Shown here: piece after piece, positions 20,301-29,859 of the stretch
Position numbering within the stretch: position 1 is the first letter of the stretch
Layout of the letters: each line of letters begins with the position of its first letter
Assembly: GCA_036626215.1 (NCBI GenBank)
Contig: JAZKSG010000001.1
Coordinates: 5,634-69,633 of the forward strand
From: Thermoplasmatota archaeon
GTDB taxonomy: Archaea; Thermoplasmatota; E2; DHVEG-1
Reading direction: 5' to 3'
DNA: 64,000 nt
Made by a program: the position numbers and the translations under genes
Notes under the pieces: generated by a model
The model's database searches: none
What the model saw: the letters and a program-made list of their open reading frames with translations, nothing else
What the model was told of the DNA's origin: nothing

Positions 20301-21612
20301 AAAACAAATAAGGCTTTTTACTGGTGTCTTTGTAGTATTTATAAAGCAGAAAGAAAAAACCAGCCAACCCAATCCAAAAGAGAGCAGCACCAAAATTCAT
20401 AACAGTTTGACTTATTCCAAAGGACTGAGCTTCACCAATAGTCAGAGAAACTTTTTTACCATAAATCCCGCCGGTTCCACGTATAATATCCGTAAACTTG
20501 GTCAACCTCGAAAAAGGAGCAAAAAACTGAGATAACTCTCTAGCATAATACAGAATTGAAAAACCTATCCCACCGAGTCCAATAACCACCGGTAAAGATA
20601 GAGTCCAAGGAATATTTTTACGATTCAAAAAGTAAGAGATTACGCCAAATAAAGCTACACCCAAACACAGAAAGAGAGGAATATTTATCGGCACGCCATT
20701 ATGTTTTGTAAACAAAACAGGCATTGAAACCAAATAACCTGTAACCATCATAATCAAAGGTGAAGAAAAAGTACGTAGATTTTTTTCTCCTCTTAATAAA
20801 TCTACAAAAATCTGAACGACGGCGTACAAACCGATGACGGTATAAATATACTCATGTTCAACCCATACCATACTTAAACCAGCTATAGAAAGACCGCCAA
20901 GTAAGCCATACAAAAGCGAACGAAGGTCATCTTTTTCTTTGATGCTTTTTATTAGAAACATAAAGGTGGTAAAAAACAATAGAATATTCAATGAATCATG
21001 GTCAAACAAAGAATAAATCGAGCCGTGGCTACCGCCTATAATAGCCACCATCAAAGGGATCCACAACGCAGATAATAAACCTATTTTCTTGTTGAAAATC
21101 TCTTTACCAATAAAATAAATTGGGAATACTAATAGTGCCCCAAATAAACAGGGTATAAACTGCATAGAATACCCTATCGCATCTATCTCACCCATAAAAG
21201 GCGTAAGGAAATTACTGAACCCCAAAGCCATCATGTTGAGCAAGGGAGCACGGCCACCGGACCGGGCAAGAGGGTAGTTCAAAAGTGGATCATTTTCATT
21301 ATAAAATGGATATGTCCCTGTTTCATGTGTTTTTTCAACAAGCCTCATATTGTAATATGGGTCAGTACCAGACAGATAATATTTAGATAATCCTTCACCA
21401 TCTTCATTCACATAAACACCACTCTGCATATTAAAATAAGAATTGTGAAGTAAAACAAGTAAAAATACGCCGATTAACGCTACAGTCACCCACCAGTTTT
21501 TACCTATATTGAACAGACTCTTTCTTTTACTAGTCTCCGCAGAGGTTTTTCTTGTAACATGTTTAGGTTTATCAGATGCAGATTTGCTTTTTCTTTGTGC
21601 ACGTTTTCGCAT
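17347..21612 (-). CDS. aglB: Oligosaccharyltransferase AglB (STT3 family) with long C-terminal extension carrying four Cna-B/CarboxypepD_reg-like repeats
   Basis: 1421 aa. N-terminal 13-TM region followed by the catalytic SWWDYGF motif. C-terminal ~450 aa contain four repeats of DENG-x-Y-x-F...PG-x-Y (GTYNFTDLFPGKYEF, DENGMYNFTSIYPGKI, DENGYYKTALKPGIYNVTV, DEDGYYSVELSPGWYNISV). Confidence 0.85.
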   Translation of the reverse strand: MRKRAQRKSKSASDKPKHVTRKTSAETSKRKSLFNIGKNWWVTVALIGVFLLVLLHNSYFNMQSGVYVNEDGEGLSKYYLSGTDPYYNMRLVEKTHETGTYPFYNENDPLLNYPLARSGGRAPLLNMMALGFSNFLTPFMGEIDAIGYSMQFIPCLFGALLVFPIYFIGKEIFNKKIGLLSALWIPLMVAIIGGSHGSIYSLFDHDSLNILLFFTTFMFLIKSIKEKDDLRSLLYGLLGGLSIAGLSMVWVEHEYIYTVIGLYAVVQIFVDLLRGEKNLRTFSSPLIMMVTGYLVSMPVLFTKHNGVPINIPLFLCLGVALFGVISYFLNRKNIPWTLSLPVVIGLGGIGFSILYYARELSQFFAPFSRLTKFTDIIRGTGGIYGKKVSLTIGEAQSFGISQTVMNFGAALFWIGLAGFFFLLYKYYKDTSKKPYLFLCVLFVVNVWLISIAGRFITDMAPVIAIFAGFMIYKIVSWLNYPKMIRNIKSAGGGLHGFRRGVKPLHLVGVLFVAMVVILNAIPAFTSAVPFEEKKDYWGEKVSHPFGLGYDQEAYWTATFQWLSEQDQDINNSVDRPAFISWWDYGFYEVATGNHPTVADNFQDGIPPASNFHTATSEKEAVSVWIVRLLEGDANDNEGVLSQSTKKVLEEYLGGNKANKITKWVKTPTSAPSYGEIIDKKYHEYLREDVDKRFLKVGAQWPEMALYHDVVSMLTNKTHGLSDEEINSLYHDLQESTGYSIRYYGVEQRDQQIFNIFAFLSDKSLVMAGAPQDDFVKTQLKLQRIFPNNPEKESEDLGWRDAEYYYNLSEEEKTYIRPVDQRQQHRSLYYDTMFYRTFLGPSPMRDQKYPLGQLPCSGMKHFYAEYLHTGARFEKHLKPVVIAKYYEGATVNGSLVYGNGSADRSLLIMVQNNLTRPDGKTLYINHGSEEISDGNFSVLTGGGDITIRVIRYPEQLSQFSSYLDEAYVGSNLYHQGLKKNLSFEFFDVFILKNITLSVSDDKAMRRQDKGIINLGNLSIPPAELKGFVYNSTKNKPLKNVTISLREITAFPTRQQQNAQYGETKNTNSDVNGTYNFTDLFPGKYEFLAKHNGYYINATSLSLHSGLKNYNFSIPKKSTIEGRVYYDDNQNGLYDEGEEISDADVTLNHNYKLTYNMGGQTGYMPKSDVVANTTTDENGMYNFTSIYPGKIGGNNLNNYSINAIAEDGRFKAEKTAVYPAENETKSTNLSMSNNLTGYIEYDNKTIETKNINIKFMPDGSVGSNTAEKTTATTDENGYYKTALKPGIYNVTVDYKEENTPVYSFTDNLIVNQSLSTMYTLDMEKHSVTVDGYTKNKNNNKAVGDVEVDFKVDYSVENNAAIGRTVSSDEDGYYSVELSPGWYNISVDQTIVENDVNVTYTYKENNVHIAESTSIDIMLARDTE

Positions 21613-21717
21613 AACTTTCCACCATTCAGATAAATGTAAAATATTTTAGACAAAAACCCGTAAAAACTATAGCCTTATAAATACCTTGTCTTAAAAATGA
21701 AATATTAAAAGGAAAAA

Positions 21718-22584
21718 TTATTTTTTTATAATCCCTTCCATCTTTCTAGATAAACATGATGATAAGTCTACCTTGTTGAACTCATTTTCGATGCTATCTG
21801 TACAGATTACTTCGTCGCATCCCATTGACTCAAGTTTTTCGACTGCGTTATCTGCAAAAAGTCCATGTGTACAAGCAGCATAGACTTTTTTTGCGTTATG
21901 TTTTTTCAGCTGATTTATTGATTTAGACATTGTTCCACCTGTCGAAATTATGTCATCGATTATAGCCACATTCTGATTTTTCGCATCCAAGTTTTTTGGT
22001 TTTATTTCAACTGTTGAACCATCGATACGTGTTTTTTCCATATAATCATATTCGCAATCAATGATTTCTGATGTTTTTTTGGCTCTTTTAATCGCTCCTT
22101 TATCTGGCGCCAAAACAAGATCTATATTTTTGTCTTTCAGATATTCAGCTATCGCTGGTATCGCCGTGCAGCTATAAGCTGAGCAGTCAAAAAAATCGAG
22201 GATGTATTCTTTATGAGGATCAACAGTGACAACAGTATCCGCATTTAAGCTTATCAGTTTGGCTAATGCTTCAGCGCTTATAGGTTCTCCCGATTCAAAT
22301 TTTTGATCTTGCCGAGCGTAGCCATAATAAGGTATTACAACAGTTGTTTTTTTGGCTCCCGCTCTTTTAACTGCATCTTGTAGTAGAAAAAACTCAACGA
22401 TTTTCTCATCTGGGTATGTAGTCTGAACTATTGCAATATGTTCATCTTTAATGTCTTCAAGGATGCGGACATACTGTTCTCCATCTGGAAAAAATTTATG
22501 ATCCGTCTCTATTAAAGACGTGTTTAATTTTTTGGATAATCCTTCAGCTATGTTTTTTGATGCAGATCCACCAATTATTTTCAT
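21718..22584 (-). CDS. prs: Ribose-phosphate pyrophosphokinase (PRPP synthetase)
   Basis: 288 aa. PRPP-binding loop VAIIDDIISTGGT and N-terminal PRS fold motifs. Confidence 0.9.
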   Translation of the reverse strand: MKIIGGSASKNIAEGLSKKLNTSLIETDHKFFPDGEQYVRILEDIKDEHIAIVQTTYPDEKIVEFFLLQDAVKRAGAKKTTVVIPYYGYARQDQKFESGEPISAEALAKLISLNADTVVTVDPHKEYILDFFDCSAYSCTAIPAIAEYLKDKNIDLVLAPDKGAIKRAKKTSEIIDCEYDYMEKTRIDGSTVEIKPKNLDAKNQNVAIIDDIISTGGTMSKSINQLKKHNAKKVYAACTHGLFADNAVEKLESMGCDEVICTDSIENEFNKVDLSSCLSRKMEGIIKK

Positions 22585-22735
22585 ATATCTACCTAAAGAC
22601 GGGTAATAATAAAAATGTTTTTTACCAGTTTTGGTTTGAAAAAAGATTGAATTTGATAAGAAAAATTTTTATATCTATCTGATGTTGTTAATCTGATATA
22701 AATAAGAATAGGGAATATTTGGGATGTTGTAAACA

Positions 22736-24970
22736 ATGAGAGATTTTAGAAGAGTTTTGATTTTTATACTTTTCATATTAGTTTTATCGTCATTAAACTT
22801 TGCAAGTTTGTCGTCAGCCTCTGACAATCCAGGCGATCAAATAAATGCCGTTTTTACTATCAATTTTAAAGAACCTACTCTTTTAGATATAGAAGTAACA
22901 ATAAACGTTGATAAAATAACTGTAATGGGAGGTACCCAAACATATCTGGGCAGTGAGATAAAGAATGTAGGGCCAGAAACTATAGGTATGATTAAAGAAA
23001 ATATAAGAACTAAACTTAAAAAACAGATAGGATTGGTTTTTTATGAAACAACTGAGGATGCATATGACGATATAACAGCTGAGTCTGAAGTTACACATGA
23101 GGGAAACAACGTTTTTTCAGATAACTTCGAAGTCAAACTTAACTCAGAATTTTTTGGGATACGGAAAAATGTTGAGTCTAATAATCTCATAAAATCTGTC
23201 TTAGATATGGGGGGGAAAGTCGACTATACGCTTGATCTTCAGGCAGAACCAGGATGGACAAACACATATAATATCATTTTGAATAGCTACCACCCCCTGA
23301 AACACCATGGCGAATACACCGATGCATCCGAATTTCATCCTATAATAACTAATCAGGATGGAGAGAAAACAAAAGTAGTTAAGCAGAATTTATCTTTAAA
23401 ACTTGAAGATGCTACAACGCCAACATTATCATCAGAAGACATATTTGTTAAATATTATCTGGACTCAAAAGATATGACAGATACCTCCCTCAACATTTCA
23501 TTGTTATTTAGAAATGTAGATATAAAAAATTATGATTTTTTACCTAAAAGTATAAAACTCGATTTTATACCTGCCGACGGAGTGCGTTTCTTTAACGAAC
23601 TTGGTTTACTCAACTGGAGTGATTTTAAAACAAAAACTGTTGGACCTATTATGGAAGAAATAAAGGAAGCTATTGAAAGCAGTGAGTTTGACCAAATCTT
23701 AAGTTTGTCATTCAAATGGAATAACGCTACAACTACAGAATGTAAAAATCCTTATGATATCAACAACATGGATAACAAATCAGCTATAAAAGCAGAATAT
23801 ACTGATGAAAAAGTTGATCTGAGAATGTTAGGGATAACAGATAAAGCATTCTATGGACTCATAAACTCTGGTGGAATACCAACAAATTTCACAAAAGAAG
23901 ACATCAATTTCGGTGAGAATCTATGGGAAACAGGTTACAACTATGAAATAATAATGATGATGCCTGGGAATATAACGCTCCAAGACAAAAACCCATATGT
24001 TTTGAAGAGAAACGAAACCTTTTCAGGTAGCTTCGATTCAAAAGATGCAAAACATTACAATAAAGAAAACAAAGAGATCTTTATAACTATAGATATAAAA
24101 GAACCGAGTTTAAATCTATTAAGTTTTGTAACAGGTAAAACCCAACTGGAGTTCAACGTAAATGTTGAAGAGATAAACCAGTACTATGTTTTAGATAGAA
24201 ACACATCTGGATTTACTCTTCCATCAGATATAAAACTTGATTATCTATGCGCAGACGCATTTAGATTATGTGTACAAGAGAATGTTTTCAACGAAAGCGA
24301 TATAGATGATTTTCTGAAAAATGAAAAAACTATTTTCAAAAACAGAGTGAAAAACATATGGATAGGATCAGAAATCGGTAAGAACACTAAGGTTGAAGAG
24401 AAATCTTTCAAAAAATCGATATTTAACAAGGAAATCAACATCCAAGAAATGGAGAACGCTCCATCCGTTAAAGTAAATACCAATGCGGATTTTACCAAAC
24501 CTTTACCATTTGATCTTGATTTTATTCCACCAAACTTCGATATAAAGAAACAAAACTATGAGCTAAAAGGATTAGAAGGACACAATGTTACATACAAAAT
24601 CATCTTCCCAAAAGGATTATCTCTCGACACTTCTAACGAATTAGATAAAAATCTAAACATAGATACAACAAAGGATGGAAGAAAATATGTCACTATGAGT
24701 TTTAACAAAACAGAAAGTAACCTCTCTGACACAGTTTCCTGTAAATTAAAACCTTCAGGTTTATTTGTATTAGGTGTATTCACGCCTTGTATAGTCAGCT
24801 TTGTAGTAGCAGTTATCTTAATACTTGTTATTATGTTCTTAAGACGTAAAAGACGAGGCGGAAGGACAAAGGCTTCAAAGAGAAAACCTAGGCAGGAGGA
24901 ACCAAAAGAAGAAGGAGTATATGAAGACGAAGATTTTTATATGCCGCCTCCACCAGGTTCAAAAAAATAA
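22736..24970 (+). CDS. Large secreted/surface-anchored protein of unknown function (signal peptide, C-terminal TM and charged Pro-rich tail)
   Basis: 744 aa. Signal peptide MRDFRRVLIFILFILVLSSLNFASLSSA. No recognisable catalytic motif. C-terminus PSGLFVLGVFTPCIVSFVVAVILILVIMFLRRKRRGG...FYMPPPPGSKK. Confidence 0.6.
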   Translation: MRDFRRVLIFILFILVLSSLNFASLSSASDNPGDQINAVFTINFKEPTLLDIEVTINVDKITVMGGTQTYLGSEIKNVGPETIGMIKENIRTKLKKQIGLVFYETTEDAYDDITAESEVTHEGNNVFSDNFEVKLNSEFFGIRKNVESNNLIKSVLDMGGKVDYTLDLQAEPGWTNTYNIILNSYHPLKHHGEYTDASEFHPIITNQDGEKTKVVKQNLSLKLEDATTPTLSSEDIFVKYYLDSKDMTDTSLNISLLFRNVDIKNYDFLPKSIKLDFIPADGVRFFNELGLLNWSDFKTKTVGPIMEEIKEAIESSEFDQILSLSFKWNNATTTECKNPYDINNMDNKSAIKAEYTDEKVDLRMLGITDKAFYGLINSGGIPTNFTKEDINFGENLWETGYNYEIIMMMPGNITLQDKNPYVLKRNETFSGSFDSKDAKHYNKENKEIFITIDIKEPSLNLLSFVTGKTQLEFNVNVEEINQYYVLDRNTSGFTLPSDIKLDYLCADAFRLCVQENVFNESDIDDFLKNEKTIFKNRVKNIWIGSEIGKNTKVEEKSFKKSIFNKEINIQEMENAPSVKVNTNADFTKPLPFDLDFIPPNFDIKKQNYELKGLEGHNVTYKIIFPKGLSLDTSNELDKNLNIDTTKDGRKYVTMSFNKTESNLSDTVSCKLKPSGLFVLGVFTPCIVSFVVAVILILVIMFLRRKRRGGRTKASKRKPRQEEPKEEGVYEDEDFYMPPPPGSKK

Positions 24971-24981
24971 AAAAACTTTTT

Positions 24982-26181
24982 TTATTTCTTAAAATACGCT
25001 GGAAGAAGCTTTAGTAAAGAGGGTTTCTTAGTTAATAAAGGTCTAACAAGATTAGAAGGATAATCAATATCTCCATATTCGTTTATAACATCTATAACTT
25101 TTGGATCCTGCAGTTTTTTTATGTATTTATCCATCTGCCGGTCGGTGAGTTTACAAAATATTTTCCTAAAATGCAGACTTTTTTTGATTTCTTTGCCTAC
25201 ATCAGCAGTCCATCTTTTATGATACTCTTTTAGAGAATAACTAGAAAGATCTTGTTTTTCAAAAGAACTTGATATAACATCTATAGCATGCTTTGCTGCT
25301 ACTAAACCAGGATAGATGCCGCCTCCGGAGGTGGGTTTTACTTGTGCCGCTGCATCACCTATCAGCAAAATTTGATCTTTATATGTCTCAGGCAGATATC
25401 CAAGAGGTATTACCCCCGCTATCTTTTTGTTTAAAACAGGTTTATCAAAAAATTTACTAGTTTTTTTACTTTCCAAAAATTTTTGAAAACATTTTTTAGA
25501 CGACAGAGATGAACTAGCAGTTGTGCATAGTCCTACTCGTGCTTTCGATCCATCTTTATTGATAGGGATAACCCATGCAAAAAAACCAGGGGCGATGTTG
25601 TTTCCAACAAATATTTCTACAAAATCTGGGTTTAAACAGGTATTCTCTATCTCTGCTCCAATCCCTATTAGTTTCTCCCTGGGTTGGGGAAAATCAAATT
25701 TTTTTCTAACCACAGAGTTTGCCCCATCGGCACCTATGAGAAGTTTGCATTCTACTTGTTTCTTCTTAGGAGTCTCAAAAAAGATTTTTTTGTTTTTTCT
25801 CTTGAATTTTATGGCTTTGTTTTCTGTAAAAAACTTTGCGTTTTGTTTTTTAGCAACTTTAATGATTTCTTTGTCAAACTTTATACGATTTATAACCAAC
25901 GCATGTTTTTTATCTCCACCAACTGAAAGTACGTGATCTGATGGAGGGTGTATGTTCGCACCTTTTATCGTATTTTGAACAGTTTTTGATTTTGAAGCAA
26001 CAGTATAGTCGAAAACCCTTGGTGTTATCAAACCTGCACATTGTAATGGCTCCCCTACAGATGGTTTTTTTTCAAAAACTGCTACAGAATGTTTTTTATC
26101 TGCTAAAACCGCCGCAGTGGTCCCTCCAACAGGACCTCCGCCTATTATCGCTACGTCGTATTCTTCTTTTTTATTGTTCAT
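24982..26181 (-). CDS. Geranylgeranyl reductase-family FAD-dependent oxidoreductase (digeranylgeranylglycerophospholipid reductase-like)
   Basis: 399 aa. FAD-binding YDVAIIGGGPVGGTTA, LIGADGANSVVRK, and GDAAAQVKPTSGGGI near the C-terminus. Confidence 0.8.
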   Translation of the reverse strand: MNNKKEEYDVAIIGGGPVGGTTAAVLADKKHSVAVFEKKPSVGEPLQCAGLITPRVFDYTVASKSKTVQNTIKGANIHPPSDHVLSVGGDKKHALVINRIKFDKEIIKVAKKQNAKFFTENKAIKFKRKNKKIFFETPKKKQVECKLLIGADGANSVVRKKFDFPQPREKLIGIGAEIENTCLNPDFVEIFVGNNIAPGFFAWVIPINKDGSKARVGLCTTASSSLSSKKCFQKFLESKKTSKFFDKPVLNKKIAGVIPLGYLPETYKDQILLIGDAAAQVKPTSGGGIYPGLVAAKHAIDVISSSFEKQDLSSYSLKEYHKRWTADVGKEIKKSLHFRKIFCKLTDRQMDKYIKKLQDPKVIDVINEYGDIDYPSNLVRPLLTKKPSLLKLLPAYFKK

Positions 26182-26284
26182 AGTTTTTTTGTTGTAATGT
26201 CAAAAAGATTTATAACAGAATCGTTGATTCACAGCGTCTAACAACAAAAAGATTGAACAAACAGGCTTTTTACGAGAAGGCGGA

Positions 26285-26638
26285 ATGTTTATGACAAGGA
26301 AGTTAAAAAAGAAAGGAGATATATTCTTTTTTTCCAAGATTTTCGGAGATAAAAAGAAGAGAGATGACAAAGAAGAAAAAGATCATGAAGAGATGTTATG
26401 TCGTTTTGTCTTAGATGGAGCAGGAAAAAAAATCGGTGAAAGCATAGCAGTTGATGATGACTTGCTGATAATTAAATCAGATGATGAATATATGGGTGTG
26501 CCTTTGAAACATCTTGAGAAACAAGATAAAACCTTGTTGGTGAAAGGATTAGTTGATCGAGACCAAGCTGTTAAACTTGGGGAGAAATGGAGAGAAAAAG
26601 CTCATTATGAAATAGACCATCCTGAAAGCGAGGATTAA
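26285..26638 (+). CDS. Hypothetical protein, possible PRC-barrel-like fold
   Basis: 117 aa. Lys-rich N-terminus. Core FVLDGAGKKIGESIAVDDDLLIIKSDD. Stop TAA directly abuts the ATG of pth2, suggesting translational coupling. Confidence 0.3.
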   Translation: MFMTRKLKKKGDIFFFSKIFGDKKKRDDKEEKDHEEMLCRFVLDGAGKKIGESIAVDDDLLIIKSDDEYMGVPLKHLEKQDKTLLVKGLVDRDQAVKLGEKWREKAHYEIDHPESED

Positions 26639-26998
26639 ATGAATTTTGAATACAAAATGGCGATTATCACACGTAAAGATTTAGATCTAACGCCTGGTAA
26701 GTTAGCTGTTCAGGTAGCCCATGCCGCTGTAAACTGTGCCTTTGAAACAAAAAAAAGAAAAAAAGACTGGTTTAAAAAATGGGAGAAAACCGGGGCAAAA
26801 AAAGCTGTTTTAAAAACCGATTGTGTAGAAGATTTTTATTTTTTGAAAGAAAACGCAGAGGAGTTAGAAATAGCTACTTCTCTTGTCAAAGATGCTGGAC
26901 ATACCGAGATCCAAAAAGGCACAAAAACGGTTCTTGGTATAGGACCTGCCCCCAGTAACTTGATAGATAAAGTAACCGGCGATCTAACTCTACTATAA
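26639..26998 (+). CDS. pth2: Peptidyl-tRNA hydrolase, archaeal/eukaryotic type (Pth2)
   Basis: 119 aa. KMAIITRKDLDLTPGKLAVQVAHAAV...KAVLK...LVKDAGHTEI...TKTVLGIGPAP. Confidence 0.85.
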   Translation: MNFEYKMAIITRKDLDLTPGKLAVQVAHAAVNCAFETKKRKKDWFKKWEKTGAKKAVLKTDCVEDFYFLKENAEELEIATSLVKDAGHTEIQKGTKTVLGIGPAPSNLIDKVTGDLTLL

Positions 26999-27057
26999 AA
27001 AACCATAGTAGCGGAGAAAAATATTAGAGGGATCATATCAATATTTTTTAATAACGT

Positions 27058-27630
27058 ATGAAGAAACAGATACGGCTTCTCGGGATAGATGATTCACCTT
27101 TTACATTCTCCGATAAATACAGCAATGTTGTAGGGGCAATTATGAGAGGGGGAGAATATCTTGAATGTGTGCTAAAAAGCCAAGTGATGATTGATGGTGA
27201 GGATGCAACCGCGGTGGTTAAAGAAATGGTGGTAAATACCCGGCATCGTGAACAATTGAAAGCATTGCTTCTAGATGGAATAGCTCTAGGCGGGTTTAAC
27301 GCGGTAGACATCCATGAGATATATGAAACCATCGATTTACCCGTCATAACCGTAACACGAGATAAACCTGATTTTGAAAAAATGAAAACTGCGTTAAAGA
27401 AAAATTTTAAAGACTGGAAAAAACGCTGGAAGCTTCTAGACAGAGGCTCTCTCTACAAAGTTGAAACAAAACATAACCCTATATACATTAAAACTTCAGG
27501 GATATCTTTGGAGGAAGCAAAAGAAATAATAAAGATTTCAACGATACGAGGAGTTATACCTGAACCTATCCGTGTAGCTCATCTAATAGCATCAGGTATA
27601 GCCAGAGGTGAATCATATGGGAAAGCCTAA
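27058..27630 (+). CDS. DUF99/UPF0215-family protein
   Basis: 190 aa. MKKQIRLLGIDDSPF N-terminus typical of UPF0215. Its 3' end overlaps the ferredoxin gene by 23 nt. Confidence 0.55.
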   Translation: MKKQIRLLGIDDSPFTFSDKYSNVVGAIMRGGEYLECVLKSQVMIDGEDATAVVKEMVVNTRHREQLKALLLDGIALGGFNAVDIHEIYETIDLPVITVTRDKPDFEKMKTALKKNFKDWKKRWKLLDRGSLYKVETKHNPIYIKTSGISLEEAKEIIKISTIRGVIPEPIRVAHLIASGIARGESYGKA

Positions 27631-27826
27631 AGCAAAAGTAGACGAAAAACAGTGTTTAGCCTGCGGCGGATGCATAAGTGTTTGTCCTCAAGATGCAATC
27701 TCCATGGAGGGAAGAAAAGCATTTGTGGATTCCAGAAAATGTGTTGGCTGTAAAATCTGTATAAAAACATGCCCAATTGGAGCAATAAAAGAAACAAAGG
27801 GGGAAACAGTAGATGCAGAAATATGA
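27608..27826 (+). CDS. 2x[4Fe-4S] ferredoxin
   Basis: 72 aa. CLACGGCISVCP and CVGCKICIKTCP. Overlaps the upstream DUF99 gene and the downstream GGR gene. Confidence 0.85.
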   Translation: MNHMGKPKAKVDEKQCLACGGCISVCPQDAISMEGRKAFVDSRKCVGCKICIKTCPIGAIKETKGETVDAEI

Positions 27827-29030
27827 TGCAATAGTGGTTGGAAGTGGACCCGCAGGCAGTGTAACAGGACGTTTCGCAGCTGAAAACGATGCAAACGTAC
27901 TGATAATAGATAGAAGACAGACAGTTGGTGTACCCGTTCTATGCGGAGAAGGAATCAGCCGGAAGATAGACGACTGGGATATGTTAAGAGGAGATCGTTG
28001 GATAGCAGGGCGAATGGATGGCGCTAGGATTTATAGCCCTGATGGCACGATGGTTGAACTTTCAGCAGATATAGCGGGTAACGAAACCGGATATGTAGTA
28101 TACAGAGATTTATTTGATCAAGAACTTGCTCATAGAGCTGCAGAAGCAGACGTCGAAATAATGATGAACACCCAAGCAACAGGATTAATCAAAGAAAACG
28201 GAGAGTTAAAAGGTGTTGAAGCAAAAAGATTTAGCGAAAAAGTTGAGATAGAAGCCGACTTAGTAGTAGGTGCAGACGGTGTAGAATCAAAAGTTGGAAA
28301 ATGGGGTGGAATAAATACAACACTTAAACCTGATGAGTTGGAAACCTGTTGCCAGTATACTCTAACCAATGTAGACGTAAAAGATGCATACTGTGATTTC
28401 TACCTTGGAAAAAAAATAGCTCCAGGTGGCTATATATGGGTTTTCCCCAAAGGAAATAACACCGCAAATGTAGGTATCGGGATCTTAGCGAGTCTAAGTA
28501 ACCCTGGTGAAGCAAAAAAACTTCTTGATGAGTTTATCAAAAAAGATAAAAGGCTTAAAAAAGGCCAACCTATCCGTTTTCTCGCTGGAGCTGTACCCGT
28601 AACGACACCTAAGAAAACCGTTAAAGACAATTTAATGTTAGTAGGCGATGCAGCCAGACAGGTAGACCCTATAACGGGAGGAGGATTAACTCATAGTCTT
28701 CAGGCAGGTAAAATAGCTGGTGAAGTCATCGGTGAGGCAGTAGAAAAACAAGATTTCTCAGAAGACTTTCTGATGAAATATGAAAAACAATGGAAACAAC
28801 AGATAGGACAAAAACTTAAAAGAAACAACATGGTAAAAGAAGTAATGTTAGATATGGATGATAAAACGTTTAACATGTTAGCTGACTCACTTAAAGACTA
28901 CAAATTTGAAGAACTCAGCACATTCAGCCTAATAAAAGCACTTGTCACCAAACACCCAACCTTACTCATGAAATTAAAACCCTTATTAAAAGTTTCAAAA
29001 GAAAACAAAAAAAAGAAAAGTAGGGAGTAA
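27813..29030 (+). CDS. Geranylgeranyl reductase-family FAD-dependent oxidoreductase (second paralog; ferredoxin-coupled)
   Basis: 405 aa. YDAIVVGSGPAGS, VVGADGVESKVGK, GDAARQVDPITGGGL. Start overlaps the ferredoxin gene by 14 nt. Confidence 0.8.
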   Translation: MQKYDAIVVGSGPAGSVTGRFAAENDANVLIIDRRQTVGVPVLCGEGISRKIDDWDMLRGDRWIAGRMDGARIYSPDGTMVELSADIAGNETGYVVYRDLFDQELAHRAAEADVEIMMNTQATGLIKENGELKGVEAKRFSEKVEIEADLVVGADGVESKVGKWGGINTTLKPDELETCCQYTLTNVDVKDAYCDFYLGKKIAPGGYIWVFPKGNNTANVGIGILASLSNPGEAKKLLDEFIKKDKRLKKGQPIRFLAGAVPVTTPKKTVKDNLMLVGDAARQVDPITGGGLTHSLQAGKIAGEVIGEAVEKQDFSEDFLMKYEKQWKQQIGQKLKRNNMVKEVMLDMDDKTFNMLADSLKDYKFEELSTFSLIKALVTKHPTLLMKLKPLLKVSKENKKKKSRE

Positions 29031-29039
29031 TAAAACGAT

Positions 29040-29852
29040 ATGAAATGGGGTTTAATATATAATCTACATAACGAAAAAGCTAAAACCCTAGCGCAGGACA
29101 CATATGAATTTCTCAACAAAAACGGTGAAGTATTTCTAGAGAAAAAATTTGATGAAAAACAAAATATAAAAGAATATTCTCTAGAGGAAATAAACAAAAA
29201 ATCAGAGATAATAGTAACCATCGGGGGAGATGGAACAATACTTAGGGCTTTAACCGAAATCGAGAAACCTATCTTCGCTATAAACTCTGGCGGAATGGGG
29301 TTTCTATGTGAATCAGAATCAAAATACGCCCAAAGTGGTCTACAAAAAGTGATAGATGGAGATTATAATGTCGAAGAACGAGCTAAACTAAAAATAACTC
29401 TAGACGGAGAGAGGCTGCCAGACGCAGCAAACGAAGCAACAGTTCAAACCGCACGTATCGCCAAAATAATGTATCTACAAGTTTTCGTGGAAGATGAACT
29501 ACTTGAAACATTAGGTGCGGACGGTGTGATAGTTTCTACGCCTACAGGATCTACAAGCTACTCTCTCAGTGTAGGAGGTCCTATAATGGACCCTTCAGTC
29601 AACGCAATGATAGTTGCGCCATTAGCTCCTTTTAAACTCTCTGCGAGACCATGGGTGGTTCCACTAGACAAAAAAGTTAGGATTAAAGTACTCGCTAAAA
29701 GCAAAGAACCCAGGTTAGTCATAGATGGTGAATCACCACAACAAGTCACTCCAGACAGTGAAATCATAATAACTGGCTCGGAAAAAAAAGCTCGTTTCGT
29801 TCGATTTGGTGAATCTTTTTATCAAATGGTTCGTCTTAAACTTGTTAGATAA
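29040..29852 (+). CDS. nadK: NAD kinase
   Basis: 270 aa. GGDGTILRA motif, NEATV, and DGVIVSTPTGSTSYSLSVGGPI. Confidence 0.85.
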   Translation: MKWGLIYNLHNEKAKTLAQDTYEFLNKNGEVFLEKKFDEKQNIKEYSLEEINKKSEIIVTIGGDGTILRALTEIEKPIFAINSGGMGFLCESESKYAQSGLQKVIDGDYNVEERAKLKITLDGERLPDAANEATVQTARIAKIMYLQVFVEDELLETLGADGVIVSTPTGSTSYSLSVGGPIMDPSVNAMIVAPLAPFKLSARPWVVPLDKKVRIKVLAKSKEPRLVIDGESPQQVTPDSEIIITGSEKKARFVRFGESFYQMVRLKLVR

Positions 29853-29859
29853 AGAAAAA

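Noticed and set aside
28130-28630. Three 63-79-aa minus-strand ORFs inside the second GGR gene
   Set aside because: All are antisense to a gene with strong FAD-binding motifs. Spurious.
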